From assembly GCA_963751455.1 (NCBI GenBank), contig CAVVUN010000001.1, positions 1 through 64,000 on the forward strand: DNA of 64,000 nucleotides, in the 5' to 3' direction. The notes below the pieces were generated by a model. The model saw only the letters and a list, made by a program, of their open reading frames with translations, searched no databases and had not been told where the DNA came from. Shown here piece after piece: positions 51,664 through 62,916 of this stretch; position 1 is the stretch's first letter, and each line of letters starts with the position of its first letter. The translations under genes and the position numbers were made by a program. This stretch comes from Nitrospirota bacterium (GTDB lineage Bacteria; Nitrospirota; UBA9217).

Positions 51664-52113
51664 ATGAACAACCAGCGGATAAATGTCTCATCAACCATTT
51701 TGCTTCTTTTCTGTCTGCTTATAACACTCGTTTCCTGCTCACGTCAGGCCGTTTACCCGGGGCCTGACGTGAGCGAAACGAATATTGTTATCGATCTTTC
51801 CGTGCTGCAGCCCGAACTTCCGAAGTTCTATACATGCACATTTCAGGGCAAGAAAATCAATTTTTTCACGATTCTTTTGAACAGCAAAGCCGTTTCCTTT
51901 CTCGACGCATGCACGAGCTGCTATCCTCAAAAACGCGGTTATAAATACCAGAACGGCACGGTAGTCTGCAAAGACTGCGACATGACATTTTCCGTTTACA
52001 AACTTGAAAAAGGCCTGGGCGGCTGCTATCCGATCAAGATAGAAGGCAGGACTGATAAAGGAAAGTATTTTATTCCCCTGACCGCACTTCAAAGTGCAGC
52101 ACATCAATTCTGA
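51664..52113 (+). CDS. DUF2318 Fe-S/metal-binding lipoprotein
   Basis: FLDACTSCY..GY....VVCKDC..F....GGCYPI. Confidence 0.85.
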   Translation: MNNQRINVSSTILLLFCLLITLVSCSRQAVYPGPDVSETNIVIDLSVLQPELPKFYTCTFQGKKINFFTILLNSKAVSFLDACTSCYPQKRGYKYQNGTVVCKDCDMTFSVYKLEKGLGGCYPIKIEGRTDKGKYFIPLTALQSAAHQF

Positions 52114-52364
52114 CAGCCACAGCGCCTCTTCTCCCTTCTCCATTACTATTCTCATATCCCATTATCTCAACGGCTGGCTGACGGAGCTTCAATAATCCGT
52201 TATACTGAAAGTATGCTTTGCTTGTAACTATTCAACATTTTCCATCCCAGCAGTGAAGAAGGGAGGTGACTTGAGGCTGAACCGCATTTAATTCAACATT
52301 CTGAAACATCAATAAATATACTGGTCGATTAATAAGAGAATCATCAATTAACGAGGAGGTCGCA

Positions 52365-53603
52365 ATGAAGGTTCTCAGTACATGTCTATTTCTATTTATC
52401 GCTGCATTGCCCTTGACGGCTGTCGGAGCGGAAAAGGCCAAGACCATCGATCAACTGGCAGCGATGTACGATTCTTCCGGCTGCAAGAAGTGCCATGCCG
52501 GGATTTACTCGCAATGGGAAAAGTCGCACCATGCAAGACCGCTGATGGGCGTAAAGGGAGGATTGATGCTGACCCCGCTCGCTAAAAAAGGGGCGACGGC
52601 TTTCTCTCCGGACGATCCCAAAAAAGCAACTATCGCGAATTATCCGTGTTTCAAGTGTCATCTTCCGCATGCCGTCATCTCTGCTGAGGATTCGGTGGCA
52701 GTCGAGCTGACCGAAGCTCTGCTGATAGCTGCTGATGAAAAGGCTTCCGACAAGGCAAAAAATGACGCAAAAGCAAAAGTTGCGAAGCTTCAGATCACCT
52801 GCGTCGTCTGCCACAACACCAAGGCCATCATACATAAACGGGAGCTCGGCGAACCCGAGAAAGGCGTTCTCTACAGCAAAAAGGATGTTGCCTCTCATCC
52901 GGACAAGACTTTCACATCCGTGAAAAAGAGCGCAATCATGACGGACTCGGTCTTCTGCGGCCAGTGCCACGGGCTCGGTCCGAACCTTGAATTCGACCAG
53001 GCATTCCAGTGCGCTAATCTCTACGGAAGCTATCTCCACTCCTACATTCCTTCCGGGGCCTCCCAGAGATGCCAGGACTGCCACATGGCCAAGGGAGACC
53101 ACCTTATCGCGCCCAATTTCAATGACGATAAGCAGACGTCGGAACTTCTGGCAAAGGCAATCAACCTCGATGTTCAGACACTGGGATATGAGTGGCTGCG
53201 AAAAGCAGGAGACCTGCATCCGAAAGTCGTGGTGAATACCACGATAACTACAAGCGCTGGTCACCGAATCCCGGACGGCTGACCGTCCCATAACAGAGTG
53301 GTCATGGTCGTGACCGCAAAATCACCGGACGGAAAAGAAATCGGCAAAATCGAGAAGCATTATCATCCCCAGGCGACAAACTGCCGCGATACCAAGATGA
53401 AGTACGGCGCCCAGTGGAAGACCGCTAATATCCGGGATACAAGCCTTCAGCCTGCACAAGCCAGAAAAGAGACCATCGAGTTCGACCTTCCGAAAAACGT
53501 AAGAACGATTGACGTCACCGTCGAACTGTCGTATGAGGCAGTCAAACCCGAGAATAAGTACCCGATTCACTCCGTTACAAAGACGGTATCGCTCGACCGA
53601 TAG
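52365..53603 (+). CDS. extKL: Pentaheme cytochrome c selenoprotein (ExtKL-like), Sec at UGA 53280-53282, 412 aa
   Basis: Five CxxCH motifs; AGHRIPDG-U-PSHNRVV continues in frame into ORF 53298-53603; SECIS-like hairpin 53298-53317. Confidence 0.88.
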
Positions 53604-53607
53604 AACC

Positions 53608-53639
53608 AAGCAACGGGGGCTGAAGGGCCCCCGTTGCTT
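53608..53639 (+). terminator. Hairpin terminator after the cytochrome gene
   Basis: AAGCAACGGGG-loop-CCCCGTTGCTT. Confidence 0.6.
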
Positions 53640-53755
53640 ATCTCGTTCAGAATCCCCGTGCAGGCCCTCTTCTGTCATTTCGAGCGAAGCGAGAAATCTT
53701 GTAGTCCAATAAGCTTAAATAAACACGTTATAACCAGATGAAAGAGCAAATGGGT

Positions 53756-54964
53756 CTATTCGTACCTGAGCGCCTGAATAGGGTCCTGAAGTGCGGCTTT
53801 GCGCGCGGGATAAACACCGAAAAACACTCCCACTGCCGCTGAAAAGGAAAAGGCCATCGCAATTGACCAGACTGAAACACTGGTTGGCAGAACATCGATG
53901 AAGAGAGGGATCATAAGCGCGATACCGACGCCTATTATGATCCCTATGATTCCGCCGGCGCCTGAAAGCGTCATCGCTTCTATCATGAACTGTGCCATAA
54001 TGTCGCGGTTGCGTGCGCCCAGAGCTTTGCGGATCCCGATCTCGCGGGTGCGCTCACGCACCGAAACGAGCATGATATTCATGATGCCGATGCCTCCTAC
54101 CAGAAGCGATATGCCGGCGATGCCCCCCAATACCGCGGTAAGCACGCCCAAGATCGTATTCATGGTCGAAAGAATCGCTCCCTGTGTCTGGATCGTAAAA
54201 TCCTCCTTGTGCGCATGGCGCTTCATGAGAACGTCCTTGATCTGCGCTACGGCACGGTCTGTATCTTCGGAACGCGGCGTGGATGCGATGATCTCGAAGA
54301 GCGCGTCCGTATCAAAGAGTTCCTGGCCGCTGGTGACTGGTATGTATACAATATCGTCAAGGTCCATGCCGAGGCTCATTCCCTTCTTCCGCATCACGCC
54401 GACGACCCGGTATCGGGCGTCAGAGAGCATCACCACCCTGCCGAGAGCGTTCTGGTCGCCGAAGAGTTCCGCTTTGGCCTTTGCTCCGAGCACCACGATC
54501 TTTGCCTTGGAATCCACATCCGACTGAGAGATAAAATTTCCGGTATCCACGAAAAGGTTCCTGACCCGCTGGAATTCCAGTGTAGCGCCGATAATCATTA
54601 CATCCCGACCGAGGTTCTGATATTTTATCTTGCCCGTCCCGAACACAAGCGGGACCGCGTCGGTCAGGAGCCAGGCGCGCCTTTTCAGCGCCAGCGCGTC
54701 ATCGTACGTAAGTTTGCGGACCGTGCCCGCTGACGGAGGATGAAAGCCGCCGCTGGTGCTCGTCTTTCCCGGGGTAATGATGAGAAGATTCGTGCCGAGT
54801 CCCGTAAGCTCTTTGGTGATATAGAGCCGCGCTCCTTCGCCGATCGATACCAGCAGGATCACGGCCATTACACCGATGATGACACCGAGCATGGTAAGCC
54901 CTGACCGGACCTTGTTTGAAAGGATCGCCTCGAAGGCCACCCTGATTGTTTCGATAAAATTCAT
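53756..54964 (-). CDS. MacB-type ABC permease
   Basis: RSGLTMLGVIIG, GGIGIMNIMLVSVRERTREIGIRKALGA, DPIQALRYE. Confidence 0.93.
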   Translation of the reverse strand: MNFIETIRVAFEAILSNKVRSGLTMLGVIIGVMAVILLVSIGEGARLYITKELTGLGTNLLIITPGKTSTSGGFHPPSAGTVRKLTYDDALALKRRAWLLTDAVPLVFGTGKIKYQNLGRDVMIIGATLEFQRVRNLFVDTGNFISQSDVDSKAKIVVLGAKAKAELFGDQNALGRVVMLSDARYRVVGVMRKKGMSLGMDLDDIVYIPVTSGQELFDTDALFEIIASTPRSEDTDRAVAQIKDVLMKRHAHKEDFTIQTQGAILSTMNTILGVLTAVLGGIAGISLLVGGIGIMNIMLVSVRERTREIGIRKALGARNRDIMAQFMIEAMTLSGAGGIIGIIIGVGIALMIPLFIDVLPTSVSVWSIAMAFSFSAAVGVFFGVYPARKAALQDPIQALRYE

Positions 54965-55133
54965 AGTCAAGTTACCCTGACCCGGACAAGCCCGAGCCAA
55001 AACAGACCATTTTAGCCGCGGGCGCACTGATGAACACGGATAAAATCAAAAGAGTTCTTCTTCTTTAATCCGTGTAAATCCGTGTTAATCCGTGGCAAAT
55101 AAGCCTCGATTTTCATGTCATTTCTAGACAGCT

Positions 55134-55811
55134 TCAGCCTCGCGCTTCGTCGCTTACAATCTGTCCGTCCCTCAGCGTAATAATCCGCTTGCACTGTGCT
55201 GCCACACTCTGATCATGGGTAACGATGATTATCGTCACACCCTGCTTGTTCAAGTCCGAAAGAATGGTAAGGATATCGGCGCCTGAGCGGCTGTCAAGGT
55301 TTCCAGTGGGCTCATCGGCAAGCAGAAGCGGCGGATTATTTACGAGCGCCCGGGCTATGGCTACGCGCTGCTGTTGACCGCCGGAAAGCTCCGTGGGCTT
55401 ATGGTCCAGTCGTTCGGCGAGTCCTACTTTCTGCAGGAGCGGCACGGCGCGGGCCTTCCGTTCACGCGAAGGGATACCGCTGTAGATGAGCGGGACTTCG
55501 ACATTTTTGAGCGCGGAAAATCGGGGAAGAAGGTTGAACGTCTGAAATACGAATCCCATTTTTCTGTTCCGAACCGCAGCAAGTTCATCATCGTTCATGG
55601 CATCTATTGCACGGTTTTCGAAACGATAGCTTCCGGAGGTAGGACGGTCCAGGCAGCCGATGATGTTCATCAGTGTCGATTTCCCCGAGCCAGAAGGCCC
55701 CATGATGGCGATCAATTCCCGCTCCTGAACGGTCAGCGAAATGCCGGAGAGAACAGGAAGGAGCACCTCCCCCATGCGGTAGGTCTTGGTTATATTGGAA
55801 AGTTCTATCAC
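55134..55811 (-). CDS. MacB-type ABC ATP-binding protein
   Basis: [32 protein letters not shown]. Confidence 0.93.
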   Translation of the reverse strand: MIELSNITKTYRMGEVLLPVLSGISLTVQERELIAIMGPSGSGKSTLMNIIGCLDRPTSGSYRFENRAIDAMNDDELAAVRNRKMGFVFQTFNLLPRFSALKNVEVPLIYSGIPSRERKARAVPLLQKVGLAERLDHKPTELSGGQQQRVAIARALVNNPPLLLADEPTGNLDSRSGADILTILSDLNKQGVTIIIVTHDQSVAAQCKRIITLRDGQIVSDEARG

Positions 55812-55984
55812 TCTCTTGTCATTTCGACCAGAGGGAGAAATCTGTTTTAGTTCCAGAGTCGCATTTGTTTCGAAAAAACGGATCCTATCCTCATCCAAAA
55901 TTGCTTAAATCATTCGGATTATCGAAACCAAGCCATCTTCATCTTTCTCTTTACTTCGAAATGACAAATGAGCTTGAATTTGCA

Positions 55985-57079
55985 TCATTTACTCTCTTCT
56001 ATCTTCACCTTCACCCCGTCCTTGAGCCCTTCCGCCTCGGGAGTGGTAATGACATATTGACCGACTGTAAGGCCTTTCGTGATTTCCGTGAAGGTCCAGT
56101 TCGTTTCTCCGGTCTCAACCGGCGCCAAACTTGCGGTGGCTGTCGAGCCCGGCCGGACCGATTTTCCTTCAGCTACAAAAACCTGTTTTTTGCCGTCGCG
56201 TTCTACAACGCATTGTGACGGAACTGATAGAACGTTTTCCGCCGTCGTAATGAGAATTTCGATATCAGCTGACATCCCGGGCTTTAACCGCGGATCCTTT
56301 TTCGAAAAGTATACCCATACGTCCGCAGTCCGCGTCTCGAGCTTTCCCCCGCTCACGATCGGCGATATTCGTCCGACCTTTCCATTAAACTTATCTCCGG
56401 AGAAGGCATCCACAGCGATTGTTACAGGCTGCCCCAGCTTAAGCCTTCCTACATCGACTTCATCGATAGTGGCAAGCACGTAAATACGCTCGGGATTGAC
56501 GATGGTGACGATCTGTTTCCCCGGTAGCAGCAGCTCTCCGACTTCACAATATTTCTTGGCGATAACGCCGCTGAAGGGCGCCCGAATGACCGAATAATCC
56601 CGTTTCACACCGGCATCGCTCTGCGCAGCCTGGTACTGGGATTTGGCAACTTCATAGGCCCTGCGGGCGACATCAAGGTCCTGCTGAGCAAGCATGCCTT
56701 TTTCAAAAAGGCCCTCGATCCGTTTAAGGTTCTTTTCCGATTCTTCATACGTCGCCCGGCTCTGAGAAAGTACGTTTTCGCTTTGTACGGATTCTTCAGT
56801 CAGGTCGAGCCGCGAAATGAGCGCGCCCGCTTTGACGATATCGCCTTCCTTCACCGGGAGCACGGTTATCCTGCCGGTCCGCTGCGCTGAGAGGGTGACT
56901 TCGGTCTCTGACTTCACAGTAGAGGTAGTCGTAGCGTTCACGACCACTCGCAGTTCTCCCAGCTTCAATTCAGTGACATTTACGGAAACCGGTTGTTTGC
57001 GGGAGAGGAGTGTGACTGCAGCGGCAATGACAATGATTGGAATGATCCAGAAAAGCTTCCTTTTTGTAATAAATGCCAT
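55985..57079 (-). CDS. Periplasmic adaptor (MacA/HlyD-type membrane fusion protein)
   Basis: VKEGDIVKAG, IRAPFSGVI, LKPGMSA, N-terminal TM helix. Confidence 0.92.
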   Translation of the reverse strand: MAFITKRKLFWIIPIIVIAAAVTLLSRKQPVSVNVTELKLGELRVVVNATTTSTVKSETEVTLSAQRTGRITVLPVKEGDIVKAGALISRLDLTEESVQSENVLSQSRATYEESEKNLKRIEGLFEKGMLAQQDLDVARRAYEVAKSQYQAAQSDAGVKRDYSVIRAPFSGVIAKKYCEVGELLLPGKQIVTIVNPERIYVLATIDEVDVGRLKLGQPVTIAVDAFSGDKFNGKVGRISPIVSGGKLETRTADVWVYFSKKDPRLKPGMSADIEILITTAENVLSVPSQCVVERDGKKQVFVAEGKSVRPGSTATASLAPVETGETNWTFTEITKGLTVGQYVITTPEAEGLKDGVKVKIEESK

Positions 57080-57094
57080 TTCGTTTTTCTATCC

Positions 57095-57544
57095 CTATCG
57101 ATCTTTTTCCACGTTTGTTTCCAGCCGTTCTCTGATATTTTTCACAAAACCCCGTGCCACCTCTCCCAATTTTTCGGCGACAACAATGTCCTGGAGCATG
57201 CTGAACCGGCCGGTCACATGCCCTTCAATCCGGTAGAATATTTCCGTTTCCTCGTCGGAGATTTTTCTCAGGGCTACCGTTCCTGAGGCTTTCATGTTTT
57301 CGCCGAACGCGACCCATGACAGCTTTTCCATCTCGATCATTTCCGTTGTATGCGTTTTCATTTCGAGAGTACGGCTGAACGGGCCGAGTGAGAACCGCAC
57401 CGTCCAGACGGAATCAAGATCGTTGATGATCTTGACGCGGACGCACCCCGGGAAGAGACAGCCTACCTCGCGCCGATCTATCATGAAAGACCACACATAT
57501 TGAATCGGCATTTTTATAGCAAAGAGAATTTCTTTAGACGGCAC
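57095..57544 (-). CDS. SRPBCC/CoxG (START-like) family protein
   Basis: PIQYVWSFMID...GCLFPGC, helix-grip pattern ending in an amphipathic helix. Confidence 0.75.
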   Translation of the reverse strand: MPSKEILFAIKMPIQYVWSFMIDRREVGCLFPGCVRVKIINDLDSVWTVRFSLGPFSRTLEMKTHTTEMIEMEKLSWVAFGENMKASGTVALRKISDEETEIFYRIEGHVTGRFSMLQDIVVAEKLGEVARGFVKNIRERLETNVEKDR

Positions 57545-57578
57545 GTTAGCCTCCGGCCCAGGAACAGGATAGGGCGTG

Positions 57579-58893
57579 TTACCTCATACCCATTGCTTTT
57601 TGAAGGCGCGCTGCGCTCAACTGATAGTCATACTGTGCCTGGACATAATCCGTTTCTGCCTGTACCTCGGACAATTGCGCATCCGTGACCTCGATATACG
57701 GACCTATCCCCGCCTGGTATCTGCCGAGAGAAAGTTCCAGGCTTTCACGCGCTTTCTGGAGGGAGCTCTCCATCACTCCGATCCGGACGCGAGCGCTTTC
57801 CATGTCAGCATAAGACTGGTTCACCTCGAGGAGTATCGATTGCTTTGTCGATGCTCGCTGTGCTTGGACCACTATCAGGTTTGCCCTGGCCTCACTCACC
57901 CGCCCCCGGGTAAAATTTCCCTGAAACAAGGGAAGAGAGAGCGTAACTCCGGCATTCCAGCTGTTTGAAAGGTCTCCCTGGAATGTTCCTTGGAAGCCCG
58001 GTATCTGTCCCATGTCGGATGTGCCGTTGACCCAGTTATACGCTCCGTTTGCTGAAAGCGTCGGAAGATAATTTGCCTCTTCGGCGCGTATCAGGGATTT
58101 TGCCGCTTCGATGTCAGCATCGGCTTTCAAGAGTTCCGGACGATTTGTGAGCGCATCGGCAAGGGCCTTATCAATGGGCGGCAGTTCGGGCAGCGGAGGA
58201 ATCGCATCCTCGATCTTAGTCGGTCTGCCAGGATCGATTCCTATCGCGTTATTGAGCGCTATGGTCCGGATACGAACGGCGTTCTCGGCATTGATCTTTC
58301 CCAGGCGGGCCTGGTTCACCTCAACCTCCGCCCGTGTGACGTCGAACCGGGGCTTTGAACCGGCATTAAAGAATGCCTGCGCCTGCCTGAGATGGCTTTC
58401 ACTCTGTTCGATGGTTTTATCCGCAACAAGAACGAGTTTTTTCGCCTGAAGCAAAGCAAAAAAGGCCTGTTTCACGCTCAGGGTTACGTCGTGAACCGTC
58501 CTCTCCAGTTCACGCTCGGATGACCGGGTTCCCCATAAAGCTGCATCAACAGCATTGCCCGTCCTGCCGAAATCGTACAGAACCTGGCTTATCGTCAGGC
58601 TGGTTGTATAACTTTTGGTGATCGTCTCACCAAATGCGCTTGTGCCCCCTCCGGAATGATTGTGTGCATAGCCGGTGCTCGCGTCAAGACGGGGGAAAAA
58701 TGAAGACTTTGCCTGTGTCTCACGACCTCGTCCCGCTTCGACACCCCCCCTGCCCGGCCTTTATCGCCGGCTGTTTCTGAAGAGCGCTCTCAATGCATTC
58801 TCCGAGAGTAAGCTTCGTTTCGGCGGAGGCCTGTCGAAGCCCGAAAACGCACAGAACGACGACGATTATTGCCATCCTCAAAAACACATTCAC
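57579..58893 (-). CDS. TolC-family outer-membrane efflux protein (frameshift ~58745)
   Basis: LTLGECIESALQ, RPELLKA, RYQAGIG..IEVTDAQ, ARLQKAMG. Confidence 0.9.
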
Positions 58894-58959
58894 CCCGCGA
58901 TTATACCACACTCCCATGTAATGCTTGCTTTTTGGCCGGTCCTATTGTATAAATTTTTT

Positions 58960-59858
58960 ATGCGATTCAAATTCAGCCCCGACGAACTTCTCTCGCTCTC
59001 TTTCCTCGCGATCCTCATCGCCATTGTCTGTTTTTCCCCTTCGAACCCCGCCGCGGTCAGGCTCCTGCTCATCTACTTTGCACTCGGGGGCGCCATCCTG
59101 GGCCTGACCCTCTACCGCGCCCGGAACGAAAAGGCCACGCTGGTTTTCGTCATACATATCGGGTTTACTATTCTTCTGATCTTGATTATCTTTAACAGCC
59201 TGGGAGACCTCATCCCGGGCATTACATCACGCAGATTCGATGATGTCCTCATTCGGATCGATTATACTCTATGGGGAGATCACCCCACTGTCTGGATGGA
59301 ACGGTTCATCAACCCGTTTCTGACGGCAATCCTTCAGTTTGCCTATATCTCGTATTACTTTATACCCGTATCGCTCGGAAGCGTTCTCGTTGCAAAAAAA
59401 AGATATGACGAATTCGACATGTCACTCTTCGGAATTATTCTCTGCTTCTATCTCTCCTATATCGGGTACCTGCTAGTTCCCGCAGTCGGGCCCCGGTTCA
59501 CGCTCGATCATCTCCAGACGGTCAGCTTGCAGGCCGGTCCCTTCATAAAAGCAATCCAGGAAGGTCTGGACAGGCTGGAACACAATAAGACCGATGCGTT
59601 TCCCAGCGGTCATACGGCTGTAGCACTCATGTCGCTCTTTTATTCATGGAAGTTAAAGAAAAGATCCTTTTCAGAATCCTGCTTCCCGTGGCTGCGGCGC
59701 TTATGGTCTCAACGGTGTACCTGCGGTATCATTATGTGATCGACGTCATCGCCGGCATTGGCCTGACCGCTGTTGCCGTCTTTCTCGCTCCGTTTCTAGA
59801 GGCATGGCTGTTACGCGCAGCCGGGCATCCTCGCAAGCAGCGTCATGGCGGCGCCTGA
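58960..59858 (+). CDS. PAP2-superfamily membrane enzyme, Aur1/IPC-synthase-like (frameshift ~59655)
   Basis: AYISYY, YLLVPAVGPR, DAFPSGHTA, STVYLRYHYVIDVIAG. Confidence 0.85.
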
Positions 59859-60400
59859 TACGAGTGGAATCGCCAGGTTGTCGTTCATCCGGAACGAAAC
59901 AAGCTCTACAGCAGCAGCGACAACGGCTCCGCCCAGTATTATCGGCTTGATTACCTCTATACCCGCTGCCGGAAGGGCAACCCCGCGGTAACAGCCGCCA
60001 GAACAAACGCAAAGGTTCCTTCCAGGCTTTTGTCCCCGATCCTTGTTTTTCCGTAGCGCTCCCCTATTGTCGTAGCTGCAACGTCGCCAAAGGCCAGAAA
60101 GCAGATGGCAGCTGTTGCTATATCCGTTCTATAGAGATACAGGGACAGGCCGATGCCGAGGATATATGCAGGTGTTCCGGTAAGCTTATGTTCCTCGTTA
60201 CTGCGGACAAAGCTCCTGAATCTGTTGAATACAAAGCGGTTGACTGCCGGGATGCGAAGGCGGAGAAGATCGAGCCCCAGCACAATGACGAACACCACGG
60301 CATAGAAAATCAGTGCCTTTTCTCTTCCAAGAACAAAATAGAGGGAGAGAAGACCAACGCCGCCGAAGAGATGGTAAAATTTACGACCGAGATGCTTCAT
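59811..60400 (-). CDS. CTP-dependent diacylglycerol/polyprenol kinase family membrane protein (frameshift ~59975)
   Basis: RKFYH, LAFGDVAA..GERYG...KSLEG, NDNLAIP. Confidence 0.85.
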
Positions 60401-60534
60401 AAAGTCAAATCCGAAATTCTAATTTCGAAATCCTAACCAAATCGAAATGAGAATAACAGAGTCCTCCTGCACATTGCTTGTTTTTAGATTTAGATATTAT
60501 TCAGGATTTCGTGCTTAGGATTTCCAGTTTGTCG

Positions 60535-61655
60535 TCAAATCTTCTTCTCATATATCCTGTACTTCTTATACAACTTCCCGCCCATCAGCTCGCAGCCTTT
60601 TTTCATCAAATCGTTGTCCTCGAGCACCCAGGACATCTCGGCCCGTTCATACCCTTTGCGCATGGCGGCTTTGAAGGACTCCAGGTAAAGCAGCCCCTCG
60701 ATTCCCTTTCTTCGGAACTCTTCTTTTACGCCCATGGTGAGCACCCGTATATCGGAGATCTTCCTCGAATACCATAAGAATTTCAAAATCTGAGCCGGTC
60801 CGAGCCTGCCGTTGACCCTGGCCAGTACCTGGTTGTAGTCGGGAATCGCCATGAAAAATCCGACGGGATTGCCCTTAATCTCAGCCATGATCAAAAGCTC
60901 CGGCACGATGAGTGGTTTCAACCGCTTCGCCATGGATTCTATTTCCTGGTCGGTCATCGGCACAAAACCCCAATTATGGCTCCACGCCGAATTATAGATG
61001 TCCTTTACAGCTTCAAGTTCTTTCCTGAAGTTTTTCATGTCCGCCGGACGGATCTTCAGTCCAGGTGTGCGAGCTTTGAGGGCCGAAGCCAGTTTCTCAA
61101 GCCGTTCTGCCGCGGATACATCTTTAATGACGGATATATAGGCGTATAGATCCTTGGCCTTCGTCAGTCCGCACTGTTCCATATGATCCAGATAATACTG
61201 CGGCGTGTACGTCATCATGATCATAGGCGGCGAATCAAATCCCTCAAGAAGGAATCATATTTCATCGTTCGTCGACGGATTCATGGGACCGCGCATGACC
61301 TCTATGTTTCGTTCCTTGAGCCATTCTGCAGCAGTATTACCCCAGACCGCCCGCGATAGTGGCATCGGTCAAGACATTCGAAAAAACCGAAAAAACCGGC
61401 TTGTTCTCTGTGTATGTTGATGTGATTACGGTCTATGATCGCCGCGATCCTGCCCAGAGAGATCGCCGTTACGGACTGCGAGGAAGCAGGCTGCTTCTGC
61501 ATGACGAAAGAATGGGTTCTTTTCACGCGAGGATGAACTTCATGTCGCTGATAAAATGGGGCACCTGGTATCGGGATTCCCGTGATAGACTTTCCACGGG
61601 AAGCGGATGAATTGGTCCAATATGTTTCTTGGTTATTAACCTTCTCGATTTGCAT
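60535..61655 (-). CDS. GNAT-fold acyltransferase, bacterial ceramide synthase (bCerS/YghO)-like; multiple indels
   Basis: GRIAAI, GFFGFFEC, GPMNPSTND, GFDSPPMIMMTYTPQYY, AWSHNWGFVP, EMSWVLEDN. Confidence 0.78.
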
Positions 61656-61680
61656 TTGCGATAATGAAACAAAAACTGCT

Positions 61681-62916
61681 TTAAATGACTCCCAGTTTTT
61701 TCCCGGCTTTTTCGAAAACGGTGGAGAACCCGGTCAAGCATCTCATCAGTATGCGTAGCCATATAGCTTGTACGGATCATGCTTCGGCCGGCCTGTGTTG
61801 CAGGCGGCACCACCGGGTTTACAAATACTCCTTCGTCGTCCAGTATTTTGCCTCATCATGAATGCCCGCTCCATCTCTCCCATTAACAAGCGGGATGATC
61901 GGGGTCTCTGCTGCGCCGGTATCATAGCCCATCTGCCTGAAAGCCTTCATCATTTTGTTGGTATTGTGCCAGAGCCTTTCCCTGCGTTCCGGCTCCCCCT
62001 CGATGATCTCAAGTGCCGCGTAACGGCTGCAACGGAGGCGGGCGGCGGCGGCGGAAAATATAAGCGGGCGCGACCTTGTGTTTCATATAATGTATTATGT
62101 GGCGTCGGCGGCGACAAATCCCCCCACGGAAGCCATGGACTTGCAGAAGGTGCCCATGATCATGTCGACTTCCTCCTCAACGCCGAAATGTTCGCATGTC
62201 CCCCGGCCGGTCTGGCCCAGAACGCCGATGCCGTGGGCGTCGTCGACCATTACCCGGGCGCCGTATTTTGTGCCGCGCCTTAGGATCTCCGGAATGGGCG
62301 CGATGTCCCCCTCCATCGAGAAGACTCCGTCCACCACGATGAACAGCGCCCCTGCCGCCGTCCTGCCGCATATCTCAAAGAACGTACTCAGGTCCGATAA
62401 GGGGTCGTTGTGGCGGAACTTGCGGACTTCGCCGAAGGAGAGGCGCGCCCTCCATCGATGATGCAGGCGTGATCCTGCTTGTCGAGGTAGGACCGTGTCC
62501 CCCTTGCCGACCAGGCAAGAGATCGCCCCGAGATTGACCTGGGTCCCGGTGGCGAACGTCACGGCGGCGTCCTGCCGCGTGAACTCCGCGAGGCGCTCCT
62601 CCAGGAGCACGTGAAGGTCGAGCGTGCCGTTCAGGAAGCGGGACCCCGCGCAGCCGGAGCCGTATTTCTTCATGGCCTCGATGGCGGCTTCCTTCACCTT
62701 CGGGTGGCTTGTAAGACCGAGGTAATTGTTCGAGCCGAGCATGACCATCTTCCTTCCGCACACGGTGACTTCGGGGTCCTGCTCCGACTCGACAACACGG
62801 AAATAGGGATAAAAGCCGGCAGCCATAACCTCTTTTGCCGCTGTATACTTTTTACATTTATCAAAGCAATCCAATGCGTGTTCCTCCGCGATTCCTGAAG
62901 TATTTGCTTCACTCAA
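61681..62916 (-). CDS. spt: Alpha-oxoamine synthase, serine palmitoyltransferase-like; multiple indels
   Basis: [57 protein letters not shown]. Confidence 0.75.

Noticed and set aside
61255-61257. In-frame TGA in the bCerS-like gene as selenocysteine
   Set aside because: The position corresponds to the Gly expected in ..E.G.L..GF (GGA miscalled as TGA), in a very error-rich stretch; no convincing SECIS noticed.
61681-62916. bioF or kbl annotation
   Set aside because: The GSRFLNGT motif and bCerS/SDR neighbours favour Spt; no biotin or tdh genes nearby. Not proven without phylogeny.
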